In this document: positions 40,794-50,801 of the stretch, in pieces
Position numbering within the stretch: the stretch's first letter is position 1
Layout: the number at the start of each line of letters is the position of its first letter
DNA from: a bacterium
GTDB taxonomy: Bacteria > UBA8248
Assembly (NCBI GenBank): GCA_965200245.1
Contig: CBDATS010000015.1
Span: 128,001 to 192,000 of the forward strand
Direction of reading: 5' to 3'
Length of the DNA stretch: 64,000 bases
Program-made: the position numbers and the translations under genes
The notes under the pieces: model-generated
Databases searched by the model: none
What the model was told of the DNA's origin: nothing
The model's input: the letters and a program-made list of their open reading frames with translations, nothing else

Positions 40794-41186
40794 TTGGTAT
40801 TCAAGCTGTTTTTGCTTTTCACGCTGGTCCCCATCGTCGAGTTGATGATTCTCGTCGATCTGGGCGGTGCCATCGGCTTGGCGCCGACGCTGGGAATCGT
40901 GATTCTCACTGGCGCGCTGGGCGCATGGGCGGCAAGAACGCAGGGATTCTACGTGGTCTCGCGTATTCAGGCAGAAATGGCGGGGGGGAGGCTTCCCGGT
41001 GCTGAGATGGTTGAGGGTGCCATGGTGCTCGTGGGTGGTGTGCTGCTCCTGACGCCTGGCCTTCTCACGGATGCCGCCGGTTTCGCCCTTATGGTTCCCG
41101 CCATGCGGGCGGTGCTAAGGGGCTGGCTAACGAGAAAGTTCGAAAAAATGATCAAAGAGGGCAAGGTGCATGTCTACCGGGGCTAG
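40794..41186 (+). CDS. fxsA: FxsA family membrane protein
   Basis: LVPIVEL...GGVLLLTPGLLTDAAG motif. Confidence 0.9.
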   Translation: MVFKLFLLFTLVPIVELMILVDLGGAIGLAPTLGIVILTGALGAWAARTQGFYVVSRIQAEMAGGRLPGAEMVEGAMVLVGGVLLLTPGLLTDAAGFALMVPAMRAVLRGWLTRKFEKMIKEGKVHVYRG

Positions 41187-42117
41187 GGTGGAGCGTGTCA
41201 GTTCGCAGCACCTCGATGCGCAGACTACCCTGGGTGCGGAGGCTTTCGGGCTTTCGCGCGAGGAGGTGGTCGGTGGTTTCGGTGCGCCGGGTACGAAGGT
41301 CTGGCTTGTCTGGCCGGGGGGAGGAGGCGATGAGCGTCCGGCAGGTTATTGTCGCATGGTCGTGAACAGGGAAGCGAGAGCTAAGCACAGGGCCTGCATC
41401 GATGCTCTCTATGTGCGACCCGAGGCCAGGAAAGCGGGCTTTGCGCGGCTTCTGCTGGAGGCCGCCCTCGCCGAGGCGCGTGATAATGGCCTAGGCGGTA
41501 TCTGGGCGTACCTGCCCGTTTCGCTCCCGGGGCGTTTCGTGTATCTGAGCGGCGGGCGGAAAGTGCACGACCTCCGTTTTCTGAAGCATGACTCGCTGCA
41601 GGAGTTGGGGACGCCCAGTCTGTCCTCGGGCTATGGGATTCGATCGGCAGCCCTTCCAGAAGATGCGCAATACCTCGCCGATCTTTTCAACGCAACTTTT
41701 GTGAACATGTGGAATTTTAGAAGTCATACGGCTGAAACGATCATCGCTTGGTACAATGCGCCGGACACGGAACCGGAAAATACCTACATCATCGAATATT
41801 TGAATGGCGAATCGGGAAACCCCGAAGGGGTAGGTATGGCGATTCTGGCTGTCGACCCAAGCCGATTGGCCTCGGGTGATAAAGCCGTCTATGTTCCCTA
41901 TATTGGCGTCATGCACGGCCACCGAAGGAGAGGGCTGGGCCGCTTGTTGGTTCAGGCGTCCGCCCGAAGAGCGATCGACTGCGGAGCGGAGGCACTGGAA
42001 CTTATCGCTTCCGCCGCTGACCAGCAGGTGCGTGCCTTTTATCAAAGTCTGAGATTCAGTGAAATGGGAGTTATCAGCGTGTATGAATGGCTCTGCAATA
42101 ATTCTGAATCTACCTGA
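41170..42117 (+). CDS. Tandem GNAT acetyltransferase
   Basis: Two acetyl-CoA motifs: LYVRPEARKAGFA and IGVMHGHRRRGLG...FYQSLRF. Confidence 0.78.
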   Translation: MSTGARVERVSSQHLDAQTTLGAEAFGLSREEVVGGFGAPGTKVWLVWPGGGGDERPAGYCRMVVNREARAKHRACIDALYVRPEARKAGFARLLLEAALAEARDNGLGGIWAYLPVSLPGRFVYLSGGRKVHDLRFLKHDSLQELGTPSLSSGYGIRSAALPEDAQYLADLFNATFVNMWNFRSHTAETIIAWYNAPDTEPENTYIIEYLNGESGNPEGVGMAILAVDPSRLASGDKAVYVPYIGVMHGHRRRGLGRLLVQASARRAIDCGAEALELIASAADQQVRAFYQSLRFSEMGVISVYEWLCNNSEST

Positions 42118-42131
42118 ATAAACGGTTGTAA

Positions 42132-43409
42132 TTAATTGTTATTTAATCGTAAATAACTTTTTATATAGCCTGATATTTCCGCACGTTTCACTTCGGCCTG
42201 GCGGCTCTCGTTCATATGACGAACGCTAATGACGCCTTTGGCCGCCTCATCCTCACCGAGCAGGAATACGAAACCGGCGCCTGAGCGATCGGCACGCTTC
42301 ATCTGGCTTTTCATGCTTCCCCCGCCAAAAGATCGTTCTGTGCGAATACCCTGTGCGCGCAATTCGGTAGCGAGTTCGAATACTTGAGCCTGCGCCGCTT
42401 CGCCGAGGGATACGATATATACCTGTGCTCCCTCTTTGAGGGTGGGGGCCTTTTTGCCCGCCAGTTGCAGGAGGCGTTCCACACCGACGGCGAAGCCAAT
42501 CGCAGGCGTGGGCGGGCCGCCCAACTCCTCGACGAGGGCGTCGTATCGACCCCCGCCACACACCGCGTTTTGCGCACCAAGGCTCTCGCTCGTTACCTCG
42601 AAGACGGTGAGGCAGTAATAGTCAAGGCCGCGAACGAGCCTCGGGTTTATCTCATACGCGACGCCCGCGCTCTGGATGAGCCGGCATACGCTCTCCAGAT
42701 GTTCCCGGCAGGCATCGTTCCAGAACGCATCTATTCTGGGCGCACGCGCGATAATCTCTTGGTGGCCCGGGTCCTTGCTGTCCAGAAAACGCAGTGGGTT
42801 GCGCTCGATCCGTTCGGCGATTTCTGCGTCCAGATGCTTCGTTTCTTTCCTGAGATATTCCTGGAGGGCGGCGGTATATGCCGGACGGCATTTCTTGTCG
42901 CCCAGATTGTTGATCTGGAGTGATAGTCCTTCGACCCCCATCGCGTCCAGAAATTCCATGAGCATCACAATGAGTTCGGCGTCGACCGCCGGGTCCTCTG
43001 AGCCAAAGACCTCGGCGTCGATTTGATGAAACTGCCGCTGACGGCCCGCTTGGGGACGCTCGTAGCGGAACATGGGACCCATGCAGAAGAGTTTCGAGAC
43101 GCCGGGGCGGTTGTGAAGGCCGTTTTGCACGTACGCGCGGCAGATCGAGGCGGTCGCCTCCGGGCGGAGGGTGATGGAGTCGCCCCCCTTGTCCTCGAAG
43201 GTGTACATCTCCTTGGAAACGATGTCGGTTCCCTCGCCGATGCCGCGCGAGAAAAGTTCCGTGTGCTCGAACACGGGCACCCGAATTTCCCCGTATCCGT
43301 ATCGCGCAAAAATCTCTCGTGCCAGACGTTCGGCTCCCTGCCAGTTTGCCGATTCTTCGGGCAGAATGTCTTTCACGCCGCGCACCGCCGTGAGTCTGGG
43401 ACGCGCCAT
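42132..43409 (-). CDS. hisS: Histidine--tRNA ligase
   Basis: KEMYTF, LRPEATA, FRYERPQAGR, LVRGLDYY and GGGRYD motifs. Confidence 0.99.
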   Translation of the reverse strand: MARPRLTAVRGVKDILPEESANWQGAERLAREIFARYGYGEIRVPVFEHTELFSRGIGEGTDIVSKEMYTFEDKGGDSITLRPEATASICRAYVQNGLHNRPGVSKLFCMGPMFRYERPQAGRQRQFHQIDAEVFGSEDPAVDAELIVMLMEFLDAMGVEGLSLQINNLGDKKCRPAYTAALQEYLRKETKHLDAEIAERIERNPLRFLDSKDPGHQEIIARAPRIDAFWNDACREHLESVCRLIQSAGVAYEINPRLVRGLDYYCLTVFEVTSESLGAQNAVCGGGRYDALVEELGGPPTPAIGFAVGVERLLQLAGKKAPTLKEGAQVYIVSLGEAAQAQVFELATELRAQGIRTERSFGGGSMKSQMKRADRSGAGFVFLLGEDEAAKGVISVRHMNESRQAEVKRAEISGYIKSYLRLNNN

Positions 43410-43411
43410 CG

Positions 43412-44161
43412 CTATCCTCCAAAAGCCGCTTCGAGCAGGCGGGGAAGGGCGACGCCCGAGGGCTCCTGTACCGCTTCGTTCATATAGGGGCTGATCTCTG
43501 TCGGCTCGGGATTCACCTCAAGTACGAACGCACCGCCTCTCGAAGCTGTCATGGGCATCGAGGCAGCCGGCTGCACCACGGCGGAGGTGCCCGCCACGAT
43601 CAGGTAATCACAATCATCTACCGCAACCAGTGCCCGGCGCAACTGTTCGGGGTCGAGCATCTCGCCGAACCACACTACGTGGGGGCGCAGAATGCTATCA
43701 CACACATCGCACTGCGGGGGAAGGGGGTCTATCGGAACCTCGCGGTTCTCCCACGCGAGCGTGAAGCGCTCACATCCGGGGTTCGTGCAGCGAACGCGCC
43801 AGATGTTGCCGTGCAACTCCACGATTTCATTTGACCCGGCAATGCGGTGGAGGTTGTCGATGTTCTGTGTGATGAGGGTGAAGCGATTGAAGTGATCTTC
43901 CAGTGAGGCTATGGCGTACTGGCCCGCGTTGGGGGTTAAGGGAGCGAGCACCTCGCGGCGGTAGTTGTAGAATTCCCAGACGAGCTTGGGGTCGGCGCGA
44001 AATGACTCGGGTTTTGCCAGCGAGGTAGCACTGTACTCGCGCCAGAGGCCGCCCGTCCGTCGGAATGTGGGCACACCACTTTCCGCACTCACGCCCGCTC
44101 CGGTGAGGACGACCACCGATTCGGACTGCTTGAGGGCGTCTATCGCCCGGCGACTGAGCAT
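43412..44161 (-). CDS. cobB: NAD-dependent protein deacylase (sirtuin, class III type)
   Basis: TGAGVSAESGVPTFR, FYNYRR (YxxR), TQNIDNLH, ELHG and LRPHVVWFGE. Confidence 0.93.
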   Translation of the reverse strand: MLSRRAIDALKQSESVVVLTGAGVSAESGVPTFRRTGGLWREYSATSLAKPESFRADPKLVWEFYNYRREVLAPLTPNAGQYAIASLEDHFNRFTLITQNIDNLHRIAGSNEIVELHGNIWRVRCTNPGCERFTLAWENREVPIDPLPPQCDVCDSILRPHVVWFGEMLDPEQLRRALVAVDDCDYLIVAGTSAVVQPAASMPMTASRGGAFVLEVNPEPTEISPYMNEAVQEPSGVALPRLLEAAFGG

Positions 44162-44357
44162 TTTTTTCTCCCGGGTATGTCCGATGCCCGGCAATGAAGC
44201 AAACTGCTGCTCATCATATGTGCCGGTATGAAAACAGTAGGCGAGAAAGTAGACCATCCCCCCTTCGCGCGCAAACGGGTAGCGAAGTTGACATGCGCCC
44301 GGATGCCGCCTAGCTTTGGCAGGTTTTTTGTTTTCGTGGGAATCGGAGGATTCACAG

Positions 44358-46058
44358 TTGGCGCGAAACGGAGCGCAGGTGCTGCTTGATGCACTTCGGG
44401 AAAACGGTGCGGAATACATTTTCGGCATTCCGGGTACACTCACGTTACCCGTCTACGACGAGATGATCGACGATATGGGCGCGACACCCGTCGTGACGCG
44501 CCACGAGCAGGGGGCGGGCTTCGCGGCGGACGGCTACGCCAAGGTGTCCGGCAAGACGGGTGTGGTCTTCACCGTGCCGGGACCCGGCGGCACAAACCTC
44601 GCCACCGCGCTTCGCTCGGCTTTTGAGGATGCGGTTCCCCTGGTCGCGGTGACGGCCACGCTCGCCGACAACATGCGCGAGAGGAGCGCCATCCACGACG
44701 TGGACATGGAAAAAGCGCTCGCAGGCTGCGTCAAAAAGGCATTCACGCCCGATTCGGTCGCGGGTATCGAGCCTGCTGTTGAGGCTGCGTTCCGCTGGGC
44801 AACGGCGGGTAGACCCGGCCCGACGCAGGTGGTGATGAAGGCGAACCTCTTTCGGGCCAATGAGGAGCGGGTAATCATTAAGCCCGAGTTCGAAAGGCCA
44901 TCACCTGCGCTTCCTGTGGATGAGCGTGCACTTGATGCAATCGCAGAGTCGCTCCTTGCTGCCAAAAGGCCTGTGATATATGCGGGAAACGGCGTGGTGA
45001 CGGCCCGCTGCGAGAGGCAGGTGCAGCTTCTTGCCTCAAGGCTTGGCGCGCCGGTTGTCACATCCGTAAAGGGGAGGGGAGTTCTCTCGGAATCCGATCC
45101 GCTCTCCTTCGGCCTTGTGCATTTCCTGGGCTGCGAGGAGATGCTCGAAGAGTCAGATATGTGTCTTGGCTTGGGTACTGGTTTCGGGCAGTTCGCCACC
45201 TTCTGCTTCAAGGCGCCGATGCCGCAAAACCTCGTGCAGATAGACATCGATCCCGCGCGCATCGGGCGAAATTACCCCGTTTCAAAAGGCTTGGTGAGCG
45301 ACATGAAACCCGCGCTCGATGGTCTTCTCAAGAGACTTGCAGGTGTGCCCGAAGTCCCGCTTTCTGAAGGGCACGTTCGCGTTCGCGAGGGAAAAAGACG
45401 CTACGAGGAGAGACTTCGCTCGTTTTCGACGAAACCGACCGATCTGCCCTTCCATGGTCTGTTCGTGATGAAGACGCTCCGCGATCACACCTCACCAGAT
45501 ACGATTTTTGTCTCCGATTCCTCTGCTACACAGAGTTGGCTCATGGAGCAGGCATTCGTAGTCCACCGGCCCCGGAGTATCCTTCTCTCGGAAGCCTATC
45601 AGTCGATGGGCTACGCATTGGGCGCCGCCATCGGGGCGAAACTCGGCGCGCCTGAACGGCCCGTATGTGCTGTCGTAGGAGACGGAAGTTTCACCATGGC
45701 TTGCGGTGAGCTGGCCACGGCGACGGCACTCGATTTAACCGTCACCTATCTCATTTTCAACGATGGGGAATACAACGCGCTCAGGCACTCGCAAAAGCAC
45801 GTGTTCGGTGAGCGCTATATCGCCACCTCGCTGAACAACCCCGACTTCCCGGCCTTGGCCCGCGCGTTCGGCGCGCATGGGCATCGCGTCGAGTCGGCAG
45901 AGGAGTTGGGGAGCACCATCCGGGATGTTCAGGCGCAAGGCGGCGTTCACGTCATCGACTGTCCAATTGACCGGGATGTGTTTTCTTCTCGATGGGCGAG
46001 GACGATGAAATCCTTCCGGAGAGGGGCCGCCACCGCACCGCCCGACACAGACGACTAA
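44358..46058 (+). CDS. Thiamine pyrophosphate-binding enzyme (acetolactate synthase large subunit-like)
   Basis: TTG start after GGAGGA; IFGIPG, RHEQGAGFAADGYA and GDGSF...ND motifs. Confidence 0.88.
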   Translation: MARNGAQVLLDALRENGAEYIFGIPGTLTLPVYDEMIDDMGATPVVTRHEQGAGFAADGYAKVSGKTGVVFTVPGPGGTNLATALRSAFEDAVPLVAVTATLADNMRERSAIHDVDMEKALAGCVKKAFTPDSVAGIEPAVEAAFRWATAGRPGPTQVVMKANLFRANEERVIIKPEFERPSPALPVDERALDAIAESLLAAKRPVIYAGNGVVTARCERQVQLLASRLGAPVVTSVKGRGVLSESDPLSFGLVHFLGCEEMLEESDMCLGLGTGFGQFATFCFKAPMPQNLVQIDIDPARIGRNYPVSKGLVSDMKPALDGLLKRLAGVPEVPLSEGHVRVREGKRRYEERLRSFSTKPTDLPFHGLFVMKTLRDHTSPDTIFVSDSSATQSWLMEQAFVVHRPRSILLSEAYQSMGYALGAAIGAKLGAPERPVCAVVGDGSFTMACGELATATALDLTVTYLIFNDGEYNALRHSQKHVFGERYIATSLNNPDFPALARAFGAHGHRVESAEELGSTIRDVQAQGGVHVIDCPIDRDVFSSRWARTMKSFRRGAATAPPDTDD

Positions 46059-46079
46059 CCGGAAACTTCTTCGCGCCCT

Positions 46080-46400
46080 CGGTTCATATATGGCGGATGG
46101 CGCATCGACTCTTTTTTCACGGGTGGAATATTCAGGTTCGAGGCTTCTTCGGAACTTGTTCCAGTGTGTGGCGGCGTTGCGTGACCAGGTTTTGGCCGCG
46201 GGGTTAATCCGTGAGTAGACTTGAACGTAGATTTCGGGCACGCCCTCGTCATAATTGTACATGAGTCCCAGCCTGAACTGGGTTTTGGTATCTCCTTCCT
46301 CAGCCAGTGAGTGCCATTGTTGCAGCACCGTTTTGTAATCACCCTCGTCTGTATTCCTCTAGGCCTTTCCCGAAGTCTGCGCCTTGCGTTTTCGCATTTT
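46080..46400 (-). pseudogene. Decayed Sel1-like repeat protein
   Basis: ADFGKGLEEYRRG, an extra G at 46342-46344, then DYKTVLQQWHSLAEEGDTKTQFRLGLMYNYDEGVP, a degenerate Sel1 consensus. Boundaries are approximate. Confidence 0.65.
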
Positions 46401-46919
46401 GCTGCCCGTTTAGCAGAAGTGAGCATGCGGAAACAGTCTGAAATTTTTCAGCTAGGCCACTGCATCCTTCACGCGAAATGAGGGAGCAAATGCGTTTGTT
46501 TGCGAATACACTGATTGTCAAATACCAGAAATACAGCGATGACGGATTTCTGCAGTTTAATTTCGTGCGAGACGACTCGTTGCGCATGATTGCCTGTTGG
46601 GAGCGAGATATGTATTTGGAAGCAGTGGAGGTGGTCGGACTAGATTGGTGGCCACAGCGCATCGGATTTCCATGAGGAGGATAACAACATAATTCTTGGA
46701 ACTAGGCGGAGTCGGCGACCCGAACGTACACCCATCGGTAAATGCATTGGAGCGCGGGTCTTCAAGGCACTCGCCTCAAAGGCGACTCACTTCCCGTTGC
46801 CATGGTCGAGGCAGAAGTCCGGAAAGCCAAATGCCACACCGGTTCGCTGGTTTCCAAGGGGGCTCCAGCTTGTTCTGCTCCTCGATGAAAGGGCGGCACC
46901 TGCTACTTGCGGGGACGCG

Positions 46920-48242
46920 TCAACGCACGATTGTCCCGGCGACATCCGGCCTGCGTATTTCAAGGCGATCTTTCATGCAGATGTCATGGGCGGCGTTGAC
47001 GAACACGTGGGTGCCTTTGGTGAGATCATGAACCGATGCGTGCTCTCCTTCCTTCGGGTAGTAGCCTGTGCCGCCGCCGCTGGCGCGGCCTTGGGGACCA
47101 TAGCAGATCGCCGGAATGCCGGCGCGGGTCAGCGGTGCGGTGTCGGCGTACCAGCCGTCCCAGGTGATCTCGGGACGCTCGCCCCAGACGAGGTCGTGCG
47201 CGGCGGAGATGCTGCGCACGACGTATTCCTCGGGCGATATTTCGGCCGCGTACGCCGTCTGGATAACCTGTAACTCGATCTCCATTGCGGGGTCCTGCTC
47301 CCGCAACTGCCGGATTACCTGACCTACTTCGGCGATGATATCACCGTGCAACTGGCCCGGCATCATCCCGACTTCCAGATATAATCGGCAAAAGCACGGT
47401 AGTTTGCTTGCCCGGAACGGATGCCCCCCTTCAATGGCAATGATGTTGACGTTTCCGGCCGGCTCCCCCTTGTAGTGGGTCCTGTTCAGGTAGTCCTTGC
47501 CCCAACTCTTGAGGGCGGGTATGGCGTTCAGCATCTTCTCGATGGCGTCTTCGCCGGGTTTGATTTTCACCGTGGAGCCGCCGCGGCTGTAGGTGGCGGC
47601 CGGGTTGCCTCTCGTCATGAGTTCCAGGAACACGTATCCGCCCGTGGCCACCGAAATCCGGTTGGATGTCGGCTCGGGTATAACCACCATGTCGGCGGTG
47701 ATGCCGTTGTTGACCATAAAACGGGCGCCGATTCCGCAGCCCCGGTAGCGGGCTCCCTGGTAACGCCCCACCGGCGCGTGGCAAGTCTCGCCGACGACGC
47801 CTGCGATCATCAAGTTGCCGCGCAATTTCGCCTTGGAGCGGGCCATGGCCTCCACCGCGAGGATGGCCGACGCGTGACCGCTCTTCATGTTGTAGGTGCC
47901 CATGCCGTAGATCCACTCGCCCTCGCGCCAGGATTTCGGCTGGTAACCCGGCCCGAGATCGCGGATACCCTCCTCGTCGCCGCCGTAGGTCGTGTCCAGA
48001 TGGCCGCAGTACATCAGGTTTGGGCCGTCGCCCGTGCCCTCAAGCTGGCCGTAGACGTTGTATCGATCCGGTTCGACTTCCTGTAGCCAAGTCTGCAGGC
48101 CCGCCGCTCGGAAACGGTCGGCGAGATATTCGGCGAGCGCCTTCTCGCCGCCCATGGGACTCGGGATGTCGACCATCTCCATGGTCAACTGCGCGATAGC
48201 TTCCTCGTCGACGTATGCCAAGGCGTCTTCGACTATGCTCAT
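46920..48242 (-). CDS. M20-family (ArgE/DapE-like) metallopeptidase/deacylase
   Basis: GHLDT, IYGMGTYNMKSG, VVGET, IPEPT and CYGP motifs. Confidence 0.85.
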   Translation of the reverse strand: MSIVEDALAYVDEEAIAQLTMEMVDIPSPMGGEKALAEYLADRFRAAGLQTWLQEVEPDRYNVYGQLEGTGDGPNLMYCGHLDTTYGGDEEGIRDLGPGYQPKSWREGEWIYGMGTYNMKSGHASAILAVEAMARSKAKLRGNLMIAGVVGETCHAPVGRYQGARYRGCGIGARFMVNNGITADMVVIPEPTSNRISVATGGYVFLELMTRGNPAATYSRGGSTVKIKPGEDAIEKMLNAIPALKSWGKDYLNRTHYKGEPAGNVNIIAIEGGHPFRASKLPCFCRLYLEVGMMPGQLHGDIIAEVGQVIRQLREQDPAMEIELQVIQTAYAAEISPEEYVVRSISAAHDLVWGERPEITWDGWYADTAPLTRAGIPAICYGPQGRASGGGTGYYPKEGEHASVHDLTKGTHVFVNAAHDICMKDRLEIRRPDVAGTIVR

Positions 48243-48322
48243 CGTTCGTCCCTCCTAGGTGTGCGGGATCCGCGACTCCACGCTAGTCTGGGTTTCTCGT
48301 GGCGAGCGGCCCCGGTGGCCAG

Positions 48323-48387
48323 ATGCCAAGATGAATCTATCGTATGTTCGGTAACTACATGCCAAGATACATCTGTCGTATGTTCGG
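48323..48387. repeat. Imperfect 29 bp direct repeat (36 nt period) duplicating the 3' end of the LivF-like gene
   Basis: ATGCCAAGATGAATCTATCGTATGTTCGG (48323-48351) versus ATGCCAAGATACATCTGTCGTATGTTCGG (48359-48387), 26/29 identical. Confidence 0.85.
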
Positions 48388-49074
48388 ATCAAGCAGCAGT
48401 TCTGCCGAGTCTCCCTCGCGACGATTCCGACCCATGTCCAGCACGTATCCCCGGTCGGAATTCTCCAGGGCCTTGGCCGAGTTCTGCTCCACAACCAGGA
48501 TCGATACACCGTCGCGGTGAATTCGCTCGATGCTCTCGAAGATGGTTTCCATCACCGTGGGTGAAAGCCCGATCGTCGGTTCGTCCAGCAGGATGAGGGT
48601 CGGTTTGGTAACCATGGCCATACCGAAGCTGAGCATTTGCCTCTGGCCGCCACTGAGGGTTCGGGCCTTGCTGCGTTCTTTCTCCTTCAGGATGGGGAAC
48701 AGGCCGAATACCCCTTCGCGCGAGCGGCGGCGCTCCTCGGCGTCACCCACCGTCCAGGCGCCGAGGTTGAGGTGCTCGCTCACCGTCATCTGGGGGAAGA
48801 TGTTGCGCCCTTGGGGGCAATACGCGACTCCGTTCTGGATAATCAGGTGTGGCTCGATCCCTGTGATATTCTCTCCCCCGAGGACGACCGTTCCGTCCGT
48901 TGGCTTGAGGTATCCCAGGATGGTCAGCAGCACGGTCGACTTGCCGGCGCCGTTGGGCCCGATGAGAGCGATCGTCTCGCCGCGGCCGACCTCGAGGGAG
49001 ACGCCGTGCAGAATTTGCTTCTTGCCGTAGCCGGAGACGATTCCCTCGACCTTCAGCAGTGTATCCTTGGCCAT
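48355..49074 (-). CDS. livF: Branched-chain amino acid-type ABC transporter ATPase (LivF-like)
   Basis: GPNGAGKST, LSGGQ, LLDEP and LVVEQN. Confidence 0.9.
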   Translation of the reverse strand: MAKDTLLKVEGIVSGYGKKQILHGVSLEVGRGETIALIGPNGAGKSTVLLTILGYLKPTDGTVVLGGENITGIEPHLIIQNGVAYCPQGRNIFPQMTVSEHLNLGAWTVGDAEERRRSREGVFGLFPILKEKERSKARTLSGGQRQMLSFGMAMVTKPTLILLDEPTIGLSPTVMETIFESIERIHRDGVSILVVEQNSAKALENSDRGYVLDMGRNRREGDSAELLLDPNIRQMYLGM

Positions 49075-49077
49075 GGC

Positions 49078-49785
49078 TCAAGCCCCGAAATAGGCAGTGA
49101 GGACTGCCTCGTCCCGCCGGACTTCATCCGGCGAACCTTCGGCGATCTTCTCACCCATGCTCAGGACGACGACGCGTTCGCAGTTGTTCATGATCACGTC
49201 CATGTTGTGTTCGATGATCAGAAAGGTCCTTCCTTCCTTGTTCAGATGATGGATCAACTCCAGCAATTTCTTCTGCATCACGGGACTGACGCCGGCGGCC
49301 GGCTCGTCGAGCAGGATCAATCCCGGGTCGAGCATCAGGACCTGGATGATAGAGAGCAGACGTTGCTGGCCGAAGGAGAGGTCGCTCGCGTATTCGTTCC
49401 GCAGCTCGTACAGGCCGACGAACTCGAGAAGTTCATGGGCCCTGTCGTCCGCAGCAATGTTTCGCGTCGGCAAGGTGACGTTCTCGAGTAGGGTCATCTT
49501 GGGGAAGATGCGCGTAACTTGGAAGGTGCGGCCAATACCCTTCCGGGCGATTTGGTAGGGCGGCAGGCTCGTCACGTTCTCTCCTCGATAGAGGATGCGC
49601 CCGCCGTCCAGCGACAGATATCCCACGATGATATTGAACAAGGTCGTCTTGCCGGATCCGTTGGGGCCGATCAGGCCGACGATCTCGCCCTCTCCGACAG
49701 AAAAGCCGCATCCCGCGAGCGCATGGACGCCCCCGAAGCTTTTCCGGACATCCTGGATTTCTAGGAGCGGCCTATCAGCGGTCAT
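49078..49785 (-). CDS. livG: Branched-chain amino acid-type ABC transporter ATPase (LivG-like)
   Basis: GPNGSGKTT, GRTFQ, LSFGQ, LLDEPAAG and IEHNM. Confidence 0.9.
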   Translation of the reverse strand: MTADRPLLEIQDVRKSFGGVHALAGCGFSVGEGEIVGLIGPNGSGKTTLFNIIVGYLSLDGGRILYRGENVTSLPPYQIARKGIGRTFQVTRIFPKMTLLENVTLPTRNIAADDRAHELLEFVGLYELRNEYASDLSFGQQRLLSIIQVLMLDPGLILLDEPAAGVSPVMQKKLLELIHHLNKEGRTFLIIEHNMDVIMNNCERVVVLSMGEKIAEGSPDEVRRDEAVLTAYFGA

Positions 49786-49846
49786 ATTCCTCCCCCGGGT
49801 GGGCTCAAGCGGTGTCCCGTGGCGCGGAGGGTTTTCGCATTCATCG

Positions 49847-50794
49847 TCAGATCCACCTCGTTTTCGGCAGGATCCCCATCTCCTTGAGCCGAACCAGGAC
49901 GCCGTCGGGCATCCATATGACTAGGCAGACCAGAACGAGACCGAAGACAGTGATGTTGGCTTGGCCGAGGTGCAGCCAGACATAATCGCTGATGAGTTGG
50001 AGTGTGACGGCACCGAGCACCGCACCGAGGACGGTTCCAAGCCCACCGAACATAGCCATCACGATGGACAGCATGGTGTACTTGATGTCGAAAGCCGCGA
50101 AAGGTTCGATGTAGTGCAGAAAAGTGGCATGGATGCCGCCCGCCGTTCCAGCGAAGAAGGCGCTTGCGACGAACACGCTGACTTTCACAGCGGTGGTATT
50201 GACCGCGAGACCGCTCGCCGCGGCCTCGTCTTCCCGCACGGCGATCAGCGACAGGCCGAAGTACGAACGGGCAAAGAACATGGTCGCCAGCACGATGCAG
50301 ACCGCGAGCAGGAAGATAGCGTAGTACTTCTGGTTCAGGTTTCCCGCAAGGACGGGCATACCGGCGCCGCCGCGCGTTAGCGGCGTCAGGTACTTGGTGG
50401 ATATGAGCACCCGAGCACCCTCAGCCAGAGCCAGCATGGAAATCGCGAAATAGGCCCCGCGAATGCGTAGCAGCGGATAGCCTATCACCGCCGCGACGAG
50501 GGCGGAGAACAGCCCGCCCGTCAGGTAGCCCGGAATCAATCCCATTTTGAAGTCGACGAAGCCTATCACCGATGCGTACATGCCGAGTCCGACGAACAGG
50601 ACGAAGCCGAAATTGATATAGCCGGAAAAGCCGGAGAAGAAATTCCAGGCGCCGGCTAGGCAGGTGTAGTAGAGGATCAGGAACAGCAGGGAGACCGCCG
50701 CCGGGCTCAAGTAGAGCGGCGCAGTAGCTGCGAGGATCGCGTAGGCTATCAGGCCCGCGGCGCCGACGGTGGGAATCGCACGTCTCCAGGTCAT
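49847..50794 (-). CDS. livM: Branched-chain amino acid-type ABC transporter permease (LivM-like)
   Basis: GFSGYINFG, LRIRGAYFAI and AVREDEAAA. Confidence 0.88.
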   Translation of the reverse strand: MTWRRAIPTVGAAGLIAYAILAATAPLYLSPAAVSLLFLILYYTCLAGAWNFFSGFSGYINFGFVLFVGLGMYASVIGFVDFKMGLIPGYLTGGLFSALVAAVIGYPLLRIRGAYFAISMLALAEGARVLISTKYLTPLTRGGAGMPVLAGNLNQKYYAIFLLAVCIVLATMFFARSYFGLSLIAVREDEAAASGLAVNTTAVKVSVFVASAFFAGTAGGIHATFLHYIEPFAAFDIKYTMLSIVMAMFGGLGTVLGAVLGAVTLQLISDYVWLHLGQANITVFGLVLVCLVIWMPDGVLVRLKEMGILPKTRWI

Positions 50795-50801
50795 GGCCGA
50801 A

